DNA from: an uncultured Spongiibacteraceae bacterium
GTDB lineage: Bacteria; Pseudomonadota; Gammaproteobacteria; Pseudomonadales; Dasaniaceae
Length of the DNA: 62,326 nt
Reading direction: 5' to 3'
NCBI GenBank assembly: GCA_964401565.1
Contig: CAYNZI010000001.1
Coordinates: 1 to 62,326 of the forward strand
The notes below the pieces were generated by a model that ran no database searches, had not been told where the DNA came from, and saw nothing but the letters and a program-made list of their open reading frames with translations. A program made the position numbers and the translations under genes. Shown in pieces: positions 57,044-62,326 of the stretch. The first letter of the stretch is position 1. Every line of letters begins with the position of its first letter.

Positions 57044-57734
57044 TGACTGTGGCCCCCTGCCCTTGCTGTTCGTTAGCTAATTCTTTGATGATGTTAATGA
57101 TCTCTTGAGTTACTGCTGTTGTGTTTTGCTTTGCTTTAATCAGATTAGGAACTTCATCTGCTGTCATTTGGTCGAAGGATTTGTTTAGTCCAAAAATGCC
57201 TCTGTAGGCATCCAAATCCCGTACTCGATTGTCGAGGGTGGGAATTCCAGCATTTTTCAATTGCCCTTCAAGATCCTTCATGGTTCGTGTCATAAAGTTA
57301 GGGATTCGTGACCAAAGCATTCGATACGGTATTTCGCGGCGTAATTTTTTGCTTTCGTTTTTGATGAGTTTTAATGTCTTGCTGGCTTCGTCGGCATCGA
57401 GAATAGATGGCTGAAGCGGGATGATTACTAAGTCAGCTGATGCAACAGCGTATGCGGCTCTGATGTTCGCACTACCTTCCAGATCGACAATGACGAATTG
57501 TGATGTCTCTTCCGCTTCCGCAATTTCATCCATCAGTAGCATTTCGTCTTCATTCTTGACGACATTCAAATTTGGGCAAGCACCACCACGCTTTAACCAG
57601 TTGATAATTGGATGGTTCGGATCGGCATCGATTAATGTTGTTTTTGCTTTGGTGCAGAGCAGAGTTGCAATAGCTAAGGCGATAGTAGACTTCCCTGCCC
57701 CGCCTTTTGAACTTGCAAATACGATTGTAGCCAT
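57036..57734 (-). CDS. parA: Walker-type partition ATPase, type Ib
   Basis: SKGGAGKST, IDADPN, IVDLEG, ADLVIIP; no N-terminal HTH. Confidence 0.93.
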   Translation of the reverse strand: MATIVFASSKGGAGKSTIALAIATLLCTKAKTTLIDADPNHPIINWLKRGGACPNLNVVKNEDEMLLMDEIAEAEETSQFVIVDLEGSANIRAAYAVASADLVIIPLQPSILDADEASKTLKLIKNESKKLRREIPYRMLWSRIPNFMTRTMKDLEGQLKNAGIPTLDNRVRDLDAYRGIFGLNKSFDQMTADEVPNLIKAKQNTTAVTQEIINIIKELANEQQGQGATVNG

Positions 57735-57801
57735 TCTCTATTCTCGCTTCTGTTGGTATGAATTTAATGTGGTTACAACAACCACATTGTTTTTAATGGT
57801 A

Positions 57802-57900
57802 ATGCCGTTATTCGCGTTACTGCTGTTATTCGAGTTACTGACGTTATTTACGTTGCTGCCGTTAGTGGTGTTACCGCTGTTATTTCCGTTACTGATGTTT
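57802..57900. repeat. Eleven 9-bp units N5-GTTA, probable centromere
   Basis: atgccgtta ttcgcgtta ctgctgtta ttcgagtta ctgacgtta tttacgttg ctgccgtta gtggtgtta ccgctgtta tttccgtta ctgatgttt, upstream of parA. Confidence 0.8.
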
Positions 57901-58132
57901 TCTTTGCTATTAGCGATATCACAGTAATCAGCGCATTAATGCTGTCGTTACTTATTAATGTACTTGTCAGCATTAATACCGATAGCGCAAATAACTCTGA
58001 TAATGACGTTTTAATGATTAACGTAGGAAACGGCATTAATGTAGGAAACTCAATTAATCTAGTTATGTATATTAATGTAATTAGCGTAGTTGTCAATGTT
58101 TTGATTGTAATTGTTGTTATATATGTTTTTAG

Positions 58133-58278
58133 GGTTAACGGGTGTTAACACAAGTTAACGGCCCGGCAGGTGGCGAAGCCGATTAACACTGTTAACAGAA
58201 GTGTTAACAGTGTTAATGCTTTGAGGTTTTAGGGATTGTCGTTTTTTTGTTACCGGCGTTAACGCTGTTAACACCGTT
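58133..58278. repeat. Cluster of seven GTTAAC palindromes
   Basis: gttaac near 58134, 58144, 58154, 58191, 58203, 58258, 58267. Confidence 0.75.
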
Positions 58279-58726
58279 ATTGGAGGGATTCTGGATCTAT
58301 GCGCAGTAGGTCAGTGATGATCGAGTCGAATTGTGTGAAGTCAGCATATCTGATGCGTATTTCTCCAGCGTTATGCTTGCCGGTGTCCTGAACGACCGTG
58401 CAGGGGTGTCCCGTTAGCTCTGACATGCGCCCTGACAGCTTTTCGTAGTAATCCGATACCAGTGTGGCGGTTTGGAGCTTCTTGGCCTCCAGAGCCCTGC
58501 AAGTGAGGTTTTTGGCTATAGCTTCACCCGCAACCATCTTTTGTTCTTTTTTGGTGTATTTGCAGAGAGCTTTAGCGTGTCCGAAAGACAAGAATCCTCT
58601 TTTTAAAAGCGTCTTGGTCTCCTGCGTTAATGTGTCGATTATTCTGTAGTAGTGTTTGAGATTGTTCGGGCTGATGCTGTACTGATCGGCAATGTCTGCA
58701 CTCTTGGCGTTTGTGTAAAATCGCAT
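58277..58726 (-). CDS. Truncated ParB/Spo0J-like protein (HTH plus C-terminal dimerisation domain)
   Basis: LSFGHAKAL, LTCRALE, GEIRIRYAD..QFD.I; in-frame stop at 58784-58786 prevents an N-terminal domain. Confidence 0.75.
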   Translation of the reverse strand: MRFYTNAKSADIADQYSISPNNLKHYYRIIDTLTQETKTLLKRGFLSFGHAKALCKYTKKEQKMVAGEAIAKNLTCRALEAKKLQTATLVSDYYEKLSGRMSELTGHPCTVVQDTGKHNAGEIRIRYADFTQFDSIITDLLRIDPESLQ

Positions 58727-58870
58727 GGGAGAGGGTGTTTGCAAGTATTTAGGGTGTTGTGTGGCTACCCTGGCTGGCTTACCTTAGGTGGGGCATTGGG
58801 TATATACAGGGTTTTGCAGTGATGTGGTGTATCCTGTGAGCAATTGTTGTAGCGCGGACTAGGGGGTGAT

Positions 58871-59293
58871 ATGAGTTTTGATGATGTGTCTGTTGATCAG
58901 GGGAGCCGCGCCGTATTGCGTATTGCCTGCTCGCTGATGTCAGATGGTAACGCGCCACTTTATCGTGTTGTGGTTCTGTTTCTTGAGAGAGTGAAGGGTA
59001 TTCAGAAATTCATTTTGGATGATAATTTTACGCCTGAAATGCAGCTCGCCTCTAAGCTTGAGGATGCAGCCAAGTCAGGTGTGAATGTTGACGCCAGTTG
59101 GTTGGTTGATTGCTTTCTTGAACTGCATTGCTTCTATTACAGGGTTGGCTACTCGGGTCGTTCGTGGGACTTTTATGAAAGTTCATTTGAAGAGTTTCGA
59201 GTTAGTTTTCACGGACTTCCAGCTGTCGATGAGTCGGACACTGCTGCCATCGACCCTGTAAAGATGCGGGAGTGGGTTGGCGATGTTCTTTAA
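58871..59293 (+). CDS. Hypothetical protein coupled to the relaxase
   Basis: RBS gggggtg; overlaps relaxase start. Confidence 0.65.
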   Translation: MSFDDVSVDQGSRAVLRIACSLMSDGNAPLYRVVVLFLERVKGIQKFILDDNFTPEMQLASKLEDAAKSGVNVDASWLVDCFLELHCFYYRVGYSGRSWDFYESSFEEFRVSFHGLPAVDESDTAAIDPVKMREWVGDVL

Positions 59294-61124
59294 GCGTAAG
59301 CCAGAGAGTACAGCTGTAACGCCTTCAGATATTGATGGTGACGTAGTGTTGTCGTCAACTGTGCTGCTTGAAAAAAATGCTCAAACGCTTGCCGTGATTA
59401 AGGAGCAGGTCGCAACCACTCCGACGATGTGGAGTGAGTATTATCTGGCGGCTATTTCTCGCTATGCAGAATATGTTCAGATGCTCCCAGCGTCTCAAGC
59501 GCATCACCATGATCATGCTGGCGGGTTGCTTGAGCATACATTGCAGACCGTAGCGTTTGCGATGAAGTTACGGCGGGGTTATATACTCCCGTTGAATACT
59601 TCGCCTGAAAAAGCCGTGGTCGTCAAAGAACATTGGACATGGGCGGTATTTGTTTCTGCCCTGTCGCATGACTTAGGTAAAGTAGCGACTGATGTTGTTG
59701 TCAGTGTTCTTAATTCTAAGGGCGGGCAGATTGGTCGCTGGAGTCCCTATTTCGGAGCTATGACCAAAGTTCCTGGTGCTTGTTCTTATACTTATCGTTA
59801 CAGGCCTGAGAGAAAATATCAGGATCACATGATAGTTTCTCCGATACTGTTGCAGCATATATTTTGCGCTAACTCGATGGATTGGCTGTCTCGGGAAGTA
59901 GGCGCTCAGCAAGCAATGCTGGCGACCTTGGCTGGCGACAAGAAAAACCCAGTGGGTACTATTGTCCGCAAAGCCGACTCGGAATCTGCTCGGATTGGCA
60001 TGGGGGCATCGAAGCCCGCCCGCGTTGACCAGAATGTTATGAGCCTTGGCGACAAGATTGCTCGATCAGTAAGGCACTTATTGCTTGAGACCGATTCGTT
60101 GCCATTGAACCGCCCTGGTGCTGCTGGCTTTGTGACTGAATCCGATTTATGGGTTGTGTCGAAGCGGTTTTGTGACTTGGTTCGTACTCAGATGGTTACA
60201 GATGGGCATACCAGTGTCCCATCAGACAATAACCGTCTTATGGATGTGATGACTGAATATCAGATCATTCAATCTAAACCTGACGGAAAGGGTGCTGTTT
60301 GGCGGGCGGCAGTCTCTGTAGGTGACTGGGATAAGACGCTGACGTTCTTGAAACTGTCGTTGAGTGATCTATTTCCCGAGCATCTTAACTCCCCTATCAA
60401 ACCTATGGATGGTTCTATTACTCCTGAGGTCGCAGCGGATGAGGAGGGCGGTGAAAGCAAGTCTGAAGGCCAGAAGGCCAAAGCCGATAAACCCCTGAAA
60501 AAGGAATCATCGCCAGAGCCAGCTACCGTAGTTGTAGCTGATCAGCATGAAGCTGAGCCTGCTGCGTCTGGTGATTTTGCCGGTATTGAAGATGAGCCGT
60601 CAAATTTCGACGGTTTAGAAGATGCTGGTGACGTTGTGCCTTCGGCTGATGCTGTAGTGGCTAAACCCAAGCCCGTTGCTAAGGCAGAACCAGAAGCCAA
60701 AGTCATTGATGTTAAAAAGCATGAAGATAGAGGCAATATCTTTTATGCGTGGCTGCGTAACGGTATCAAGACTGGAGCCATTAAATACAATTGCAATCGG
60801 GCTCCCGTCCATGTGGTTAAGTGGGGGTTGAGCGGTCAAGCGGTACTGCTGTGTTCGCCAAAGATATTCAAAGACTGCTTTGAAGAATGCCGGTCGAGTT
60901 TGAATACCGATAAGTGGGAACATGTGCAGCGAGGCTTTGCATCTCTAGGTATATGCCAGGGCGCAGCGGATGGTCAGATGGTGCATACCTTCCAGATCAA
61001 ACCAGCCAATCCTAAGAAGAAAAGTGGAGCCAAATTGAAGGGTTTTGTTATCAACGATCCTGGTCTAATTTTCTCTACATCTGTATCGACCAATCCCGTT
61101 CTTGTCCCGCCGAAACTTGCTTAA
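59283..61124 (+). CDS. mobH: MOB_H (TraI_2, HD-domain) relaxase
   Basis: LPASQAHHH..GGLLEHTL, HDLGK, VRKAD, F..WL..GI...N...A.VH. Confidence 0.95.
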   Translation: MFFKRKPESTAVTPSDIDGDVVLSSTVLLEKNAQTLAVIKEQVATTPTMWSEYYLAAISRYAEYVQMLPASQAHHHDHAGGLLEHTLQTVAFAMKLRRGYILPLNTSPEKAVVVKEHWTWAVFVSALSHDLGKVATDVVVSVLNSKGGQIGRWSPYFGAMTKVPGACSYTYRYRPERKYQDHMIVSPILLQHIFCANSMDWLSREVGAQQAMLATLAGDKKNPVGTIVRKADSESARIGMGASKPARVDQNVMSLGDKIARSVRHLLLETDSLPLNRPGAAGFVTESDLWVVSKRFCDLVRTQMVTDGHTSVPSDNNRLMDVMTEYQIIQSKPDGKGAVWRAAVSVGDWDKTLTFLKLSLSDLFPEHLNSPIKPMDGSITPEVAADEEGGESKSEGQKAKADKPLKKESSPEPATVVVADQHEAEPAASGDFAGIEDEPSNFDGLEDAGDVVPSADAVVAKPKPVAKAEPEAKVIDVKKHEDRGNIFYAWLRNGIKTGAIKYNCNRAPVHVVKWGLSGQAVLLCSPKIFKDCFEECRSSLNTDKWEHVQRGFASLGICQGAADGQMVHTFQIKPANPKKKSGAKLKGFVINDPGLIFSTSVSTNPVLVPPKLA

Positions 61125-61163
61125 AAAACACCCTCTTATTACTTGCGGTACCTCCGTTCTGCT

Positions 61164-61200
61164 TGTATGATCACGTACGTACATGTTGTGTGATCATACA
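61164..61200. promoter_or_regulatory. Perfect 11-bp inverted repeat operator
   Basis: tgtatgatcac-N15-gtgatcataca, 13 nt before the ATG at 61214. Confidence 0.7.
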
Positions 61201-61213
61201 AGCAGGAAGGAAT

Positions 61214-62305
61214 ATGGATCAGGATCAGGGAAATACAGTTGTCTTAAGTATTGATGAAGCGCTCGAATTTAGCGGTTCAGTCTTCACCTTATCAATAGCG
61301 GCCCTTCTTCGGCCCTGGGCAGATAACCCGCGTAAAGTTAAAAACCCAGACTACGACGATATCAAACAGTCGATTCTAAGTACCGGCTACAAAGATGTGC
61401 TGACAGTGACCCGCGCCCCTGGTGCCGATCACTACATTCCTCGGACTGGCGCCAACACACGCGCTGAGATATTAGGCGTTCTTGCTGCCGATGATCCCGA
61501 GCGTGATCCTTTGCGAGTTAGTTTTGAGCCTTGGCCTGGGAACGACCAAATGCTCTCTGATGCGCTGGTTGAAAACTCTGCTAGAGGCTCACTGAATACT
61601 GTCGATCAAGCCGCCTCCGTTGCCGAGTTGTTGAAAGTCAGGTTTGGCGACAGTGATGATTTCTCGTTCAAACATGCTGCGGAAGAGTTGAAAAAGCAGG
61701 GGCACAAGTACACTCCCAAGTCGCTTAAAAATCTGGATTACCTGAATAAAGAAATTCTTCCGATGATGCCGAATAAGGGGCTGGCATTCCTTCGCGATGA
61801 TCTCGGCCCCTCTGGCGCCGATATAGAACGCCTATCCACCATCCTTAATTGTTATAAAAAAATTGCCGTCGATTCCGGCGAGGGTGTAAGCGACAACCAT
61901 TATCAAGTGTTTGTGCAGTCAGCGTTGTCGTCTGTCGATGACAATGAATTCTCCTTCGAGCGACTTCATTCTCAGTTTGATCAGATCGTGTCAGACAATT
62001 GCGGGCTTGAGATTTCGCAGGTTAAAGACCTTGCCGACAAATTTATGGTCGAGTCGGGCAAGCCTGCAAACCCACAAAAAAAGAGCAAGGGGCCCACTAA
62101 AACGCCGTCCGTTAAAGCCGGTTCGGAAGGTGAGGGTGTGGCGAAAGTTGTGCCGAGCGTTGCCGAGGGAGCGATAGTGGCGCTGGCTCAGAGCTTGGCA
62201 AAGTTGGTCGGTATGCCGGAAGTTGTAATGCCGTTCGATCACGGCTTACGGGTTTATGCTGAGCTTCCAAGCGATGAGCTGGACGCCAGGCAGATGACAG
62301 TTTAG
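61214..62305 (+). CDS. PFGI-1-class ParB-like (BisD-like) protein, continuing at 1-273
   Basis: PWADNPR..NPDYDDIKQSI, VTRAPG..YI..GANTR, EN..RG.L; the TAG at 62303 lies in the degraded overlap. Confidence 0.85.
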   Translation: MDQDQGNTVVLSIDEALEFSGSVFTLSIAALLRPWADNPRKVKNPDYDDIKQSILSTGYKDVLTVTRAPGADHYIPRTGANTRAEILGVLAADDPERDPLRVSFEPWPGNDQMLSDALVENSARGSLNTVDQAASVAELLKVRFGDSDDFSFKHAAEELKKQGHKYTPKSLKNLDYLNKEILPMMPNKGLAFLRDDLGPSGADIERLSTILNCYKKIAVDSGEGVSDNHYQVFVQSALSSVDDNEFSFERLHSQFDQIVSDNCGLEISQVKDLADKFMVESGKPANPQKKSKGPTKTPSVKAGSEGEGVAKVVPSVAEGAIVALAQSLAKLVGMPEVVMPFDHGLRVYAELPSDELDARQMTV

Positions 62306-62326
62306 TCGCTGCTGGTGGCTTCGTCC
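62294..62326 (+). repeat. Imperfect terminal overlap with bases 1-33 (circular contig signature)
   Basis: atgacagtttagtcgctgctggtggcttcgtcc vs aagacagtttggtggctgctggtgtctttgtcc, 28/33 ungapped. Confidence 0.85.

Larger units (their letters stand above)
1..62326. mobile_element. Circular conjugative plasmid (MPF_G T4SS, MOB_H relaxase, type IVB pilus, two candidate replicons)
   Basis: Complete PFGI-1-type transfer gene order, relaxase, Rep plus iterons, ParA system, terminal overlap, no host housekeeping genes. Confidence 0.88.

Noticed and set aside
57421-58148. ORFs 57421-57927, 57848-58096 and 57939-58148
   Set aside because: Low-complexity translations of the periodic array or antisense to parA.
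1-62326. rRNA, tRNA, IS transposases, antibiotic-resistance genes
   Set aside because: None recognisable in the sequence or the ORF track.

Overview
The window is very probably one complete circular conjugative plasmid of about 62.3 kb from a gammaproteobacterium (host not identifiable). Bases 62294-62326 are a 28/33 imperfect copy of bases 1-33, and joining the ends restores one ParB-like ORF. It carries a full MPF_G (PFGI-1/pKLC102/ICEHin1056-class) type IV secretion operon (5.5-24.9 kb), the BisD/BisC/InrR-like regulatory core with SSB, a MOB_H relaxase, a type IA topoisomerase, a DNA methyltransferase and a separate type IVB pilus operon (31.9-40.7 kb). MPF_G machines are mostly known from ICEs, but this one has plasmid maintenance functions: a TrfA-like Rep with eight iterons, a second candidate Rep with DnaA boxes, a type Ib ParA system with a periodic centromere-like array, and a tyrosine recombinase near a dif/res-like site. 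I saw no tRNA att site. Most unusual: (i) a divergent Hfq/Sm-fold protein that has lost the canonical RNA-binding residues; (ii) six covarying twin-hairpin modules and other structured repeats in two leading-region-like zones; (iii) two non-coding blocks that occur twice in swapped order; (iv) a small-gene array whose starts share a TAG-N-CGGAAT-ATG junction; (v) a PilV adhesin with a phage tail-fibre-like tip and pilins with Glu at +3; (vi) a shared TGATCAC-N15-GTGATCA operator and a remote iteron pair. Family names come from motif and synteny recognition by eye, not database searches.
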